Shown: positions 25,582 through 34,949, counted from the first letter of the stretch. The stretch: 64,000 nucleotides of DNA from Candidatus Calditenuis fumarioli (GCA_030059665.1 JANVYR010000003.1:63716-127715), one strand, 5' to 3'. Notes: generated by a model not told the origin, from the sequence alone. Numbers and translations: made by a program.

Positions 25582-26415
25582 CTACGTCCGCGATTTCTTC
25601 CTCGAGCCCGCGTCCTTCACCGCCGCGATTACTTTGCCCAGCGCACCGACGTCCCGCTCCGCCAGCGTCCCTGTCACGACGAGATCGGCTCCGGACTCGA
25701 CGACCCTCCTCGCCTGCTCCTCGTTCCTGATGCCTCCACCGACGACGAGGGGGACGTCCAGCACCGACCGGACCGTCTTGATCAGCCTCGGCGACAGCGG
25801 CTCCGGAGCTCCAGAACCGGCCTCCAGGTAGACGAACCTCATCCCCAGGTACTGGGCCGCGAGGGCGTAGGCAGCTGCCACGTTGGGCCGCTCCTCGGGG
25901 ATAGGGTAAACACGGCCGACCACCGCGACGGAGGAGCCTGCCCCGAAGACTATGTAGCCCATCGGTATCGCCTCGAGGCCGTACTCCTTCACCAGGAAGG
26001 AACCGTGGATCTGCGCACCGAGGAGGAACCACCACTCCAGCGAGTTCAGCAGCGACATGTAGAAGATCGCGTCCGCGTACCGGCTGACGGCGTTGACGTT
26101 GTTCGGGAACACGATCACCGGTTTCGAGGTGTTCTCCTTGATGGTCCTCACCGCTACGTCGTAGGACTCGTGCGACCAGATGGTGGAGCCTCCTACCATG
26201 AAGGCATCGGTCCCCTGCTCCTCCGCGGTCCGAACCGTTCTGGCCAGAGCGTCCCGGTCGAGGTTCTCCGGGTCGAGCAGCGTGAGGTGGCAGCAACCCT
26301 CCCTCTCCACCACGTCCAGCAGGTAGCTCTCGGTCTTCCCGAGCCTCAGCCCCCTCAACCTCCGGGACCGTCTCCCGGGATGTATTTGAACGTCTTGAGG
26401 AGGTCCAGGGGTCAT
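25582..26415 (-). CDS. Geranylgeranylglyceryl phosphate synthase (PcrB/GGGPS family)
   Basis: HLTLLDPE...DAFMVGGST...YLEAGSGAPEP...VVGGGIRN. ATG 26415 is preferred; the track start 26481 adds a 22-aa Arg-rich extension. Confidence 0.85.
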   Translation of the reverse strand: MTPGPPQDVQIHPGRRSRRLRGLRLGKTESYLLDVVEREGCCHLTLLDPENLDRDALARTVRTAEEQGTDAFMVGGSTIWSHESYDVAVRTIKENTSKPVIVFPNNVNAVSRYADAIFYMSLLNSLEWWFLLGAQIHGSFLVKEYGLEAIPMGYIVFGAGSSVAVVGRVYPIPEERPNVAAAYALAAQYLGMRFVYLEAGSGAPEPLSPRLIKTVRSVLDVPLVVGGGIRNEEQARRVVESGADLVVTGTLAERDVGALGKVIAAVKDAGSRKKSRT

Positions 26416-26553
26416 GAGCGGTCCACGAGCGAGGAAGACCAAGATGGTCCGGAAGGTCACTCTGCCGACAGGTCTCCGCACTCAACTCGGGAGAACGTCA
26501 TCCGCTCTGCCACCCGCGAAACGTTATTTACCGTCACAATGTGTTGAGTTCCG

Positions 26554-26949
26554 GTGTCGATAGCCGGGAAGCTGATCGAGGAGCTCGAGAGGGATCAAGA
26601 GGCAAGGAGGAGACTCGCCGAGATCTTGGTTACCGACGGTGAGGTGAGGTTGGCGATAATCAACGCGGTTCTGGCGGACGTAGCGACCAAGAGGGACCTC
26701 GAAACGCTACGGGCTGAGCTCAAGGCCGATATCAAGAGGGTTGAGGACAACCTGAAGGCTCTGATCGAGAGGGAGATATCGAGACTTGAGAGGAGGATCG
26801 ATGCCTTGGAGAACAGGGTAAACTCAATAGAGGCCAGGTTGTCAAGGCTGGAGGGTCAGATGAACCTCTTCGTCAAGCTCTTCATCGCATTCAACCTGCC
26901 GATTCTGCTGGCTGTGATCGGAATTCTGCTGAGGCTCGTCTTCGCATAA
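26554..26949 (+). CDS. Tail-anchored coiled-coil protein (DUF1640-like architecture)
   Basis: About 100 aa of heptad-like E/R/L-rich sequence is followed by one C-terminal TM helix (LFVKLFIAFNLPILLAVIGILLRLVF). GTG start. Confidence 0.45.
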   Translation: MSIAGKLIEELERDQEARRRLAEILVTDGEVRLAIINAVLADVATKRDLETLRAELKADIKRVEDNLKALIEREISRLERRIDALENRVNSIEARLSRLEGQMNLFVKLFIAFNLPILLAVIGILLRLVFA

Positions 26950-27024
26950 TGCCGTTCCGATCCGCTCGACCTCCCACCCTCATCCTGAGATTCACACATT
27001 GCCGGCAACCTTCAAAGGGCGTGA

Positions 27025-27033
27025 TCTATAAAC
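27025..27033 (+). promoter_or_regulatory. TATA box for the rpl39e-rpl31e-eif6 unit
   Basis: TCTATAAAC lies 26-34 nt upstream of ATG 27059. Confidence 0.45.
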
Positions 27034-27058
27034 GGAACCTCTGCGAACCGGTGACGGC

Positions 27059-27214
27059 ATGAGCAAGAAGACGTTGCCGATGAAGAGGAGGCTGGCAGCG
27101 GCACTTAAGAGGGCAGACCCGGTACCTGCATGGGTGGCCCTGAGGACCGGGGGCGAGGTGCGGGCGAGCAGGAGGGCGCGGAACTGGAGGAGGTCGGCCA
27201 GCATCAAGCCGTGA
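27059..27214 (+). CDS. rpl39e: Ribosomal protein eL39 (51 aa; below the ORF-track length cutoff)
   Basis: My translation is MSKKTLPMKRRLAAALKRADPVPAWVALRTGGEVRASRRARNWRRSASIKP. This matches the eL39 pattern (K/R-rich, PxW, RRxWRR) and sits in the conserved position upstream of eL31 and aIF6. Confidence 0.85.
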   Translation: MSKKTLPMKRRLAAALKRADPVPAWVALRTGGEVRASRRARNWRRSASIKP

Positions 27215-27225
27215 GGTGATGGGCG

Positions 27226-27510
27226 ATGTCCGAGCGGAGGTGGGAGCTCACCCTGAACCTCCGGGACGCATACGAAGCCAAGAAGTGGAGGAGGGCGAAG
27301 AGGGCGATCAACCTGATCAGGCAGAAGGCGGCGAGGATCGCGAAGGTGAAGCGCGTCGTCATCGACGAGTCTCTGAACCGGCTGATCTGGTCCAGGGGCG
27401 TCGAGAGGCCGCCGAGGAAGGTGCAGGTGGTGATCGAGAGGGTGGACGAGGAGACGGCCGAGGTGAAGCTGCCGGGGTCCGAGGAACGCTCCGCGCGGGA
27501 GGAAGGGTGA
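27226..27510 (+). CDS. rpl31e: Ribosomal protein eL31
   Basis: LTLNLRDAYEAKKWRRAKRAINLIRQKAARIAK...VVIDESLNRLIWSRGVERPPRKV. Confidence 0.9.
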   Translation: MSERRWELTLNLRDAYEAKKWRRAKRAINLIRQKAARIAKVKRVVIDESLNRLIWSRGVERPPRKVQVVIERVDEETAEVKLPGSEERSAREEG

Positions 27511-28208
27511 GCGGGCTGAGCGGGGGCCTGAACGTCGCCAGCAGGATCCACGTCTTCGACGTCTTCGGAACGCCCTACCTCGGCCTCTTCGCCACGTGCA
27601 CAGACAGGTTCCTGATCCTGCCGACGATCACGCCCGACAAGGACGCGCGGCTGCTGGGCCAGATGCTCTCGGTGGAGCCCGTCAAGGCGTCGGTGGCCTC
27701 CAGCTTCCTGATAGGCGTCATGGTCGCGGCCAACTCCAACGGCGTGCTGATGCCGAGAACGGCCCTCGACGAGGAGGTGGAATCTCTCAGGAGGTCGCTC
27801 GCCGACAGGAACGTGGTGGTGCTGGAGAGCAGGCTGACGGCACTGGGGAACCTGATACTCGCCAACGACAGAGGGGCCGTTGTGTCGCCGGACTTCACGC
27901 AGCGCGACGTGAGGGCGATCTCGGACGCCCTGTCTGTGGAGGTGGTGAGGGGGACCATCTCGGGGATGAAGACCGTCGGCTCCCTCGCGGTGGTGAACAA
28001 CAGAACGGGCGTCGTCACCGTCGACGCTAGCGACAGCGACCTGGAGCTGCTGAGGGAGGTGCTGAAGGTGGAGCTCTTCAGGGTGACCGTGAACGACGGG
28101 TCCAAGTTCGTCAGGAGCGGGCTGCTCGCCAACGACTGGGGAGTGGTTGTGGGGAGCAGGACGCGCGGTCCGGAGCTGATGCTGCTGTCGACCGCCTTCA
28201 ACAGGTGA
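27507..28208 (+). CDS. eif6: Translation initiation factor 6 (aIF6)
   Basis: Pentein-repeat pattern RIHVFDVFGTPYLGLFATCTD...ANSNGVLMP...ANDRGAVVSP...VNNRTGVV...ANDWGVVVG. GTG 27507 overlaps the eL31 stop (GTGA). The first 97 codons of track ORF 27216..28208 are the eL31 region read in another frame. Confidence 0.88.
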   Translation: MSGLSGGLNVASRIHVFDVFGTPYLGLFATCTDRFLILPTITPDKDARLLGQMLSVEPVKASVASSFLIGVMVAANSNGVLMPRTALDEEVESLRRSLADRNVVVLESRLTALGNLILANDRGAVVSPDFTQRDVRAISDALSVEVVRGTISGMKTVGSLAVVNNRTGVVTVDASDSDLELLREVLKVELFRVTVNDGSKFVRSGLLANDWGVVVGSRTRGPELMLLSTAFNR

Positions 28209-28210
28209 CC

Positions 28211-28381
28211 TCAGCGTTCGTCCTCAGCTGTGAGGCATTTCGGGCAGACGCAGTCGCTTGCAACGGTGGAGAGCCACCTGAGACGGTCGGGTTCCACGAA
28301 GACTGAGCCGCACCAGCAATCACCATCATCGGCACCGCACTGGAACTCCTCGCCGCAGAGCTCGCAGGTCTTTCGCCTCAA
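28211..28381 (-). CDS. Small Cys-rich protein (56 aa) of the cysteine-rich CWC type
   Basis: (L/M)RRKTCELCGEEFQCGADDGDCWCGSVFVEPDRLRWLSTVASDCVCPKCL. TTG at 28381 overlaps the eL13 stop (TTGA). There is no in-frame ATG or GTG nearby, and the upstream part of the 129-aa track ORF overlaps eL13 out of frame. Confidence 0.45.
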   Translation of the reverse strand: MRRKTCELCGEEFQCGADDGDCWCGSVFVEPDRLRWLSTVASDCVCPKCLTAEDER

Positions 28382-28590
28382 GCCTGCCTCGACTTGGCCA
28401 GCTCTGCCTTTAGCCTTTCCAACTTCTCGACGTTCCAGCTGTGGACGGTCCTCCTCCTGGGATCCACCCTGATTCCCAGCTCCTCGGCCTCCCTCAAGGT
28501 GAGCCCAGCGGCCCTTAGCTCGCCCACCGAGAAGCCCCTGCCCTCCCGGAACTTCCGCTGTCCGGGGCTCCTGACCACCGGCGCCGACAA
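28378..28590 (-). CDS. rpl13e: Ribosomal protein eL13 (short archaeal form)
   Basis: REGRGFSVGELRAAGLTLREAEELGIRVDPRRR matches the eukaryotic L13 core RAGRGFSLEEL..AGI....A...GI.VD.RRR. Confidence 0.8.
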   Translation of the reverse strand: MSAPVVRSPGQRKFREGRGFSVGELRAAGLTLREAEELGIRVDPRRRTVHSWNVEKLERLKAELAKSRQA

Positions 28591-28600
28591 CCCGGATCAC

Positions 28601-28942
28601 CTACAGCTCGTCCTTGGAGAGCCTCACTATGCGCGTCTCACGCTTCTTTGGGGTCAATCTGTCCAGCAGCTCCCTCAGCACCTCGTCCGTTACCTGACCC
28701 CTCAAGCGGCCCGACTGGGCCAGCTGGATCAGGTACCTCTCGACGGCCTCGGCCAGATCCGGCCTCGCCACCCGAACGTTCGAGAGCCTCTGTCTGGCCT
28801 CGGGGGTCAGGATCACCTTGAGGATCGCGGCCCGCTCCGCCTCCTCCCTCCTCCGGGCCTCCTCCTCTGCGAGGCGCTGCTGGAGCTCGGCCATCTTTCT
28901 CCGCCTGATCTCCTCAAGCTCGGCGTCCTCGGGACCAGACAA
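28601..28942 (-). CDS. PDCD5/TFAR19-family dsDNA-binding protein
   Basis: ELEEIRRRKMAELQ...ILKVILTPEARQRLSNVRVARPDLAEAVERYLIQLAQSGRL...VTDEVL is typical of the archaeal PDCD5-like family. Confidence 0.8.
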   Translation of the reverse strand: MSGPEDAELEEIRRRKMAELQQRLAEEEARRREEAERAAILKVILTPEARQRLSNVRVARPDLAEAVERYLIQLAQSGRLRGQVTDEVLRELLDRLTPKKRETRIVRLSKDEL

Positions 28943-29050
28943 CGCCCGTCACCGGACCGGGATCCACTCGATTTTTGATAAGCTTTACCTCCAGGGGATC
29001 CTCGGAGGGAGAGCGCCTGCGAAGCGTAACGACAGATATACATCTCCATG

Positions 29051-29722
29051 TCACATGAGTGTGACCGATAGTATGACGTAAGAGGCTATCACGATGAGAG
29101 TCACCGACCAGATCAGGTTGTAGTTCACCCAGATCCTTCTGAGCGCACCCAGTCCCAGAACGCGGTAGACGAGCAGGCCGGCAACCATCATGGTTAGTCC
29201 CGCGACGAAGGAGTGGATGACCGTGAAGGTGAGGGCTGAGGTTAACACCGCTAAACCGCCACCGAACCTCGAGCACCAGGCCGAGATGAGAGGGGCCAGG
29301 GAGAGGGTTGAGCCATGAACCATCCCGAGAAGCAGGCCGACGCAAAGCAACTCGTGTCTGCCCCGCTTCAAACCAAGGTAGGGATGAGAGGGTCGCAAGA
29401 GTCTCCAGGCACCGTAAGTCAAGGCTGCAGCAGCCGTGACGACGGTCCACCATCTGAGGTGCGATGCTGGGGCTGAAAGGGCCAGCGATAGAACCGAGGA
29501 CAGCATGTGACCTAAAGAGAGTAAGGATATCGAAAGGGCGAGCTCGCGGAGGCTCTTGGAGATCAACGCCCTGTAAACCCCGAGGAGCCACCCAGAAGAG
29601 GGGTTGACTCCGTGGACTATCCCAAGCGTGACCACCGTCCAGCCGATGAAGCCCTCGGCGATCAAAACCACATCACGGCGACGGATAGCAGAAGCTGTCC
29701 GAACTCGAGTCGCCGCCCTCAA
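29051..29722 (-). CDS. Six-TM membrane protein with an internal twofold repeat, each half carrying a membrane-embedded VHG motif and a second His (putative metal transporter)
   Basis: GIVHGVNPSSGW...SLGHMLSS in half 1 and GMVHGSTLSLAP...TVIHSFVAG in half 2. The track start 29722 overlaps the upstream gene by 50 nt. An in-frame GTG at 29671 lies 2 nt after that gene's stop. Confidence 0.5.
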   Translation of the reverse strand: MRAATRVRTASAIRRRDVVLIAEGFIGWTVVTLGIVHGVNPSSGWLLGVYRALISKSLRELALSISLLSLGHMLSSVLSLALSAPASHLRWWTVVTAAAALTYGAWRLLRPSHPYLGLKRGRHELLCVGLLLGMVHGSTLSLAPLISAWCSRFGGGLAVLTSALTFTVIHSFVAGLTMMVAGLLVYRVLGLGALRRIWVNYNLIWSVTLIVIASYVILSVTLM

Positions 29723-31079
29723 GCCTCACCTGATGGGCCTTGGCCTCGCCGAAGTCGACGAGGAAGTCCCTTACCACGCTCAGGTCACCGTTATCGGATC
29801 TCAGCAGCACCAGCCAACCCCTCAGCCCCTCCGGATAGAATATGGGGTCCCAGCTGCTGTATAGCGAGTTGGTGACGTACACCCTCTTACCGTCCCTGCT
29901 AACCTCAACCATCTGGGGTCCGCCGGTGAGGGGTCTTCCCGACGGGTGAGGGGACCTATGGAGGATCCCACCCAGCTTAGCGACCGACCTCAGCTTGGGC
30001 TCGAACGGATTGCTCACGTCGTAGCACCTGAGCTCCCCGGTCCCCCAGCACGAGACGTAGAGGTATCTGTCGTCCAGGGAGAGGTTGATGTCCGTCACAA
30101 GCGGCGGAACGACGCCGAATGGTCTGAGCGCATCCGGGAGGAGGTCCCTCTCAACCGGGACAGCCTCGACCTCAATGACTTTCTGCGCGCCCCACCGCCC
30201 GTCCTCCTTGTACCAGAGCCACACGCTTGAACTCAGGTTCGATACGTTGACGACCACATTGACGAAGCCCATCGGTTTGGTCGGATCGTGAAGGGGTCTC
30301 AGCTCCAGAACCATCCTCTCGTCCTTCCCGAGCTCTATCGCCTGGACGTGCTTCCTCCTCCTCAGATCCCAGAAGTGCAGCTTGTTGCCGTACAGACCTT
30401 TCGTGAGGGCCTCGAGGTCCAGGCCGTTCTCATAGTACTTCGGAACGGTCCACTCGCTGGTGACCATCGTGTCCTCCGCCAGATGCCACCAGAAGTCGTA
30501 CGCGAGGTACTGCGGTCCCCTTTCGATCTCGAACCTTCCCAACGGCTCGAAGGTCCTGTGATCGAGCAGCAGGACGCCTCCAGGCCCCCCATCACCCCGA
30601 CCCCCGAGCGCGCTGACGTAGATCGCGTCGGGACCGCAGTGAACGGTGTGCAGCCTCGAGTAGCCAGTTACCCTCGTGATCTTCTCTCCTGGGATTTTCT
30701 TAACGAGCCTCGGTCTCCTCGGATCAGGCTTAGTGTCCAGCACGTAGACGTTGGAGGACCTGAGTCCCGGGACAATCAAGTGCCTCCTCTCCGTCGTGGG
30801 ATCTCCGTAGGGGCAGAGCATTGAGCTGCAGGCGTTCCAGCCGAAGTGGTGGAGCTCGTCGCCCACCTGGTCCAGCTCAACTCGATGGACTATCCGCCCG
30901 AAGTTCTCGGACTTGGGGTCGACGTCCACGACGGCGATGAAGTCGGGCTTGTTGATCCCGGTGCCGGTGTGAAGGGCCGCCACGTAAGCGAACCTCTCTG
31001 GAGGTGCCCTCATCGCCTCAGCAGGGGTGGGATAGAAGGTCGGGTCCGGTGCGAGGGCTGTCACGCCCGGTGGCACCAT
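29673..31079 (-). CDS. Selenium-binding protein (SBP56) family; methanethiol oxidase-like
   Basis: Full-length match to the SBP56 pattern (FYPTPAEAM...YVAALHTG...DELHHFGWNACSS...HTVHCGP...). ATG is at 31079; the track starts at TTG 31085. Confidence 0.9.
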   Translation of the reverse strand: MVPPGVTALAPDPTFYPTPAEAMRAPPERFAYVAALHTGTGINKPDFIAVVDVDPKSENFGRIVHRVELDQVGDELHHFGWNACSSMLCPYGDPTTERRHLIVPGLRSSNVYVLDTKPDPRRPRLVKKIPGEKITRVTGYSRLHTVHCGPDAIYVSALGGRGDGGPGGVLLLDHRTFEPLGRFEIERGPQYLAYDFWWHLAEDTMVTSEWTVPKYYENGLDLEALTKGLYGNKLHFWDLRRRKHVQAIELGKDERMVLELRPLHDPTKPMGFVNVVVNVSNLSSSVWLWYKEDGRWGAQKVIEVEAVPVERDLLPDALRPFGVVPPLVTDINLSLDDRYLYVSCWGTGELRCYDVSNPFEPKLRSVAKLGGILHRSPHPSGRPLTGGPQMVEVSRDGKRVYVTNSLYSSWDPIFYPEGLRGWLVLLRSDNGDLSVVRDFLVDFGEAKAHQVRLEGGDSSSDSFCYPSP

Positions 31080-31271
31080 CGGCAATATATATGTCTAATC
31101 TTATCACGCAATAATTTTTAGCATATACAACGGAAATAGGACTCTCGGTGAAACGCTTTGCCCGACCATCTCCTTACCCAAGCCGGCTGCTGGTGACAGG
31201 GTCGGACAACCACAACGCACGACGACCCACCTCCGACCTCAAAATTTAATCAACGTCCCAAACGGAGACAG

Positions 31272-31709
31272 ATGTGGGGGATGAGCGAGCAGCGCCAGAG
31301 GAGGATCAGGATACTGCTCGCGAAGCCCGGACTCGACGGCCACGACAGGGGCCTCCTGATCCTGGCGAGGGCCTTCAGGGACGCCGGGTTCGAGGTCGTC
31401 TACGGAGGGATCCTGAGGAGCCCGGAGGAGGTGGTGGAGATAGCGATCCAGGAGGACGTCGACGTGGTGGCCCTGAGCCTCCACAACGCCGACCACATAC
31501 CGAACTTCATCAAGGTGGCACGGCTGCTGAGGGAGCGCGGAGCTAAGGACGTGGTGATAGTCGGCGGAGGCATCATACCTCCAGAGGACAAACCGATCCT
31601 CGAGAAGGAGGGCATAACGGGCAACTTCGGACCAGGAACGCCGCTGAACGTCATCATCCAGCACATCGTCGAACGGGTGAGGAAGGAGAGGTGGAAGGAG
31701 GGGACGTAG
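31272..31709 (+). CDS. Methylmalonyl-CoA mutase, B12-binding small subunit/domain
   Basis: RILLAKPGLDGHDRG (DxHxxG cobalamin motif) and a GGGIIP Rossmann-like end. ATGs are at 31272 and 31281. Confidence 0.9.
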   Translation: MWGMSEQRQRRIRILLAKPGLDGHDRGLLILARAFRDAGFEVVYGGILRSPEEVVEIAIQEDVDVVALSLHNADHIPNFIKVARLLRERGAKDVVIVGGGIIPPEDKPILEKEGITGNFGPGTPLNVIIQHIVERVRKERWKEGT

Positions 31710-31721
31710 GACCTCTGGGGC

Positions 31722-33503
31722 TCAGATGATCTGCGGCTCCTTCCAGGTGCCGTAGACCTCCCTGCCGACGTTCATTATCTCCTCGAGCGTCGCGTAGGAC
31801 CTCACCGCCTCGATGATGTAGGGCATCACGTTGACCTCCTCGTGCTCGAAGGCCCACCTGAGCTGATCGAGGGCCCTCCTGACCCTCTCGTTGTCCCTGG
31901 TCCTCTTGACCTCGTTCAGCCGCTCGATCTGCTTGGCCGCCACGCTCTCGTCGATCCTGAGGTAGTTGATCGGCCTCTCTTCGGGGATCACGTACTTGTT
32001 CACACCGACGATGACGGTCTCGCCCGACTCGACGGCCAGCTGGGTCCTGTACGCCGTCTCGTGGATCTCTCGCTGGACGTATCCCGACTCGATGGCCCTC
32101 AGCATCCCTCCCATCTCGTCGATCTTGTGGAAGTACTCAAGGGCCTTCTCGAACATCTGATCGGTCAGCCACTCGACGAAGTAGGAGCCTGCCAGCGGGT
32201 CTATCGTGTCGGGAACATCGGTCTCCTCCGCGATGATCTGCTGCGTCCTCAGCGCCACCAGCACCGCCTCCTCGGTCGGGAGGGCCCATGCCTCGTCGTA
32301 GGAGTTCGTGTGGAGCGACTGGGTTCCCCCGAGAACGGCTGCGAGCGCCTCGATCGTGGTCCTGATGATGTTGTTCAGAGGTTGCTGCCAGGTGAGCGAT
32401 GCCCCCGACGTCTGGGTGTGGAACCTCAGCGTCATCGATCTCGGGTTCCTCGCACCGTAGAACTCCCTCATCACCGTCGCCCAGATCTTCCGTGCGGCCC
32501 TGAACTTCGCTATCTCCTCGAAGAAGTTCATGGTGGAGTTGAAGAAGAAGGAGAACCTAGGCGCGAACTCGTCCACCTTCATGCCCGAGGAGATGCCGAG
32601 GTCGACGTAGGTGAAGCCGTCCATCAGGGTGAAGGCCAGCTCCTGGACCGCGCTCGCACCTGCCTCCCTGATGTGGTAGCCGCTGATGCTGATGTAATGC
32701 CACCTGGGCATGTTCCTCGTGCAGAACTCCATCATGTCCCTGATGATCCGGAGGTGACCCTCGGGCGTGAAGGCCCACTCCTTCTGAGCTATGAACTCCT
32801 TCAGGATGTCGGTCTGGGTCGTACCGCTCAATGCGCTCATGGGGACGCCCTGCTTCTCCGCGACGACGATCAGCATGGCGAGCAAGACAGCCGCAGGGGC
32901 GTTGATGGTCATCGAGACGCTCACCTTGTCGAGGGGGATGCCGTCGAAGATGATCTCCATGTCCCTCACGGTCGCGACTGAGACGCCGCACTTCCCCACC
33001 TCTCCCTCAGACCTGGGGTTGTCGGGGTCGTAGCCGTACAGCGTCGGCATGTCGAAGGCTAGGCTGAGGCCGGTCTCGCCGTGCTCCAGCAGGAACTTGA
33101 ACCTCCTGTTGGTGTCCTCCGGCGTGCCGAAACCCGCGAACTGCCTCATCGTCCAGAGCTTGGACCTGTACATGCTGGTGTAGACGCCACGAGTGAACGG
33201 GTAATCGCCGGGGAAGCCGAGGTCGGCCTCGTAGTCGAGCCACGAGACGTTGAGCGGCGTGTACAGGGGCCTTATCTCGATGCCCGAGGTGGTTTTGAAG
33301 CTGGACTTGCGCTCGGGCGCGACCTTCACGGCCTCCCGGTAACGCTCGTACCAGTCGCGCTGTAGCACCTCTATCCTCCGGAGCGCCTCCTCATTGAACA
33401 GTGGTGACCTCGTCTTCCTCTCCTCCCTCCTCGAGCGGAGGTCCTTCCAGTAACCGAGCCTCTTGGACGACCATCCGGAGAGCTGGTCGGAGATGCGGCC
33501 CAT
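31722..33503 (-). CDS. Methylmalonyl-CoA mutase, catalytic (TIM barrel) large subunit
   Basis: [26 protein letters not shown]...[10 protein letters not shown]...TINAPA...HIREAGA...FFF. It is convergent with the small subunit gene, 12 nt apart. Confidence 0.93.
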   Translation of the reverse strand: MGRISDQLSGWSSKRLGYWKDLRSRREERKTRSPLFNEEALRRIEVLQRDWYERYREAVKVAPERKSSFKTTSGIEIRPLYTPLNVSWLDYEADLGFPGDYPFTRGVYTSMYRSKLWTMRQFAGFGTPEDTNRRFKFLLEHGETGLSLAFDMPTLYGYDPDNPRSEGEVGKCGVSVATVRDMEIIFDGIPLDKVSVSMTINAPAAVLLAMLIVVAEKQGVPMSALSGTTQTDILKEFIAQKEWAFTPEGHLRIIRDMMEFCTRNMPRWHYISISGYHIREAGASAVQELAFTLMDGFTYVDLGISSGMKVDEFAPRFSFFFNSTMNFFEEIAKFRAARKIWATVMREFYGARNPRSMTLRFHTQTSGASLTWQQPLNNIIRTTIEALAAVLGGTQSLHTNSYDEAWALPTEEAVLVALRTQQIIAEETDVPDTIDPLAGSYFVEWLTDQMFEKALEYFHKIDEMGGMLRAIESGYVQREIHETAYRTQLAVESGETVIVGVNKYVIPEERPINYLRIDESVAAKQIERLNEVKRTRDNERVRRALDQLRWAFEHEEVNVMPYIIEAVRSYATLEEIMNVGREVYGTWKEPQII

Positions 33504-33615
33504 GACCGGGATATCATGCGTTCACAGGCGCTTATACGTTTGCTGGCGACGCGTAACGGCTCCGGCATGCCCGCGGGAAGAGCCAAAAATACGCCGTAGG
33601 ATCTCAGCGCGGAAG

Positions 33616-34299
33616 ATGGTCCTGACCGCGAAGGTCTTCAGGGTCAACGCGGACGCCAAGCTCGGCGTGATAGCGCAGAAGCTCAGGGACTTCAGGAGGG
33701 TGGACGTGGTGAGGGAGGGGGATCGAGAGATCGAGCTGGTGACGGACGTCCACGACATCACGGGTGGGAAGGACTACGTGACCGGCGTCTTCAGCAGGGA
33801 CAAGCTGGTCCGGATCAAGCAGAGGGGTGGTGTGGTTCCGGTGGTGAGGACGGTGGACGCCTACATCGAGTTCAGGGACAGGGGCGACAAGATATTCCTG
33901 ATAGTGCTGCAGCAGAAGCACTTCGCCAACTTCGTCGCCACCACGCTCAGCAACGCTCTCTTCCTCAACTTCAGATCGATAGTTGAGGCCCGGATACCGC
34001 ACGAACGGCTGGTGGAGCTCCACGAGAGGAACCCTGACGGGACGAGGCTGATCTGGTTCGACCAGGTCGATTACCCGGGCGTGGAGAAGCTGGCCCTCGC
34101 TGGCCCATCGCTGATGGACACGTCGATGTACGACGAGGCTCTGAGGCACGGCAAGATCTGGTACATCGTCTTCGTCAGCAGGGAGAAGAGCAGGGTCTTC
34201 GGGCTGACGAGGAACGCGGTATTCACCGCCTTCTCCAGGCTCTCGGAGCAGGACTTCCTGGAGCACGTAAGGACCGAGGTCATCCCGCTGCTGGAGTGA
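33616..34299 (+). CDS. Hypothetical protein (227 aa), soluble
   Basis: Coding-like GC3-rich ORF. ATG 33616 removes the overlap with the mutase gene that the track start 33463 creates. I recognise no family. Confidence 0.45.
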   Translation: MVLTAKVFRVNADAKLGVIAQKLRDFRRVDVVREGDREIELVTDVHDITGGKDYVTGVFSRDKLVRIKQRGGVVPVVRTVDAYIEFRDRGDKIFLIVLQQKHFANFVATTLSNALFLNFRSIVEARIPHERLVELHERNPDGTRLIWFDQVDYPGVEKLALAGPSLMDTSMYDEALRHGKIWYIVFVSREKSRVFGLTRNAVFTAFSRLSEQDFLEHVRTEVIPLLE

Positions 34300-34346
34300 G
34301 GGGCCTGGATCACAGTTTTATCATGACGGTTACCGGAGGTTGAGGG

Positions 34347-34949
34347 ATGCCGAAGGAGGGCAAGCAGAAGGAGGAGTACGTGATCAGGGCACCGAGCTAC
34401 TTCGGCGAGCGCGAATTGGGAATCACGTACGCCGACGACCCGGCCAAGCTGATCGGCAGGACGGTGACCACGAGCCTCTACAACCTGACCGATGACCCCA
34501 CCAAGCACTACCTCCTGGTGAAGTTCAAGGTCGTCAGGGTGAACGGCAGGTACGCCGAGACCGTGTTCTACGGCCACGAGTACGGCCGGGAGTACTTCAG
34601 GAGCCTGATCAGGAGGGGGACCACGATGGTCGAGTACATCAGGGACGTCGAGACGCGCGACGGCTTTAGGCTGAGGGTGTACGGCGTCGTCTTCACGCAG
34701 AAGAGGATCAGGTCCGGAAAGAGGAGGGACATACGGAAGATCATGGACCAGGTCTTCGTCGAGGCGGCGGAGAGGCTGAACCACGACCAGTTCGCGATCG
34801 AGATGGTCCTAGGGAAGATGGGCTCCGACATCTTCAACCGGGTCAAGAAGATCCTGATCCCGAGGCACGTCGGTGTCTACAAGTCGAAGGTCGTGAGGCT
34901 GCCGTCATGGGTCTTCGAGGAGGTGAAGGTCGGGCCGCTGACCTCATAG
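34347..34949 (+). CDS. rps3ae: Ribosomal protein eS1 (S3Ae)
   Basis: YVIRAPSYFGERELGITYADDPAKLIGRTV...LVKFKVVRVNGRYAETVFYGHEY. Confidence 0.9.
   Translation: MPKEGKQKEEYVIRAPSYFGERELGITYADDPAKLIGRTVTTSLYNLTDDPTKHYLLVKFKVVRVNGRYAETVFYGHEYGREYFRSLIRRGTTMVEYIRDVETRDGFRLRVYGVVFTQKRIRSGKRRDIRKIMDQVFVEAAERLNHDQFAIEMVLGKMGSDIFNRVKKILIPRHVGVYKSKVVRLPSWVFEEVKVGPLTS

Noticed and set aside
26992-27207. 71-aa minus-strand ORF in the gap upstream of rpl31e
   Set aside because: The plus strand here encodes a textbook eL39 (27059-27214) in the conserved eL39-eL31-aIF6 order. The minus-strand ORF has no features.
28382-28600. N-terminal 73 codons of the 129-aa track ORF 28211..28600
   Set aside because: This part overlaps the eL13 gene out of frame and is Gly/Arg/Gln-rich. 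Only the last 56 codons (the CWC-type peptide) look real.
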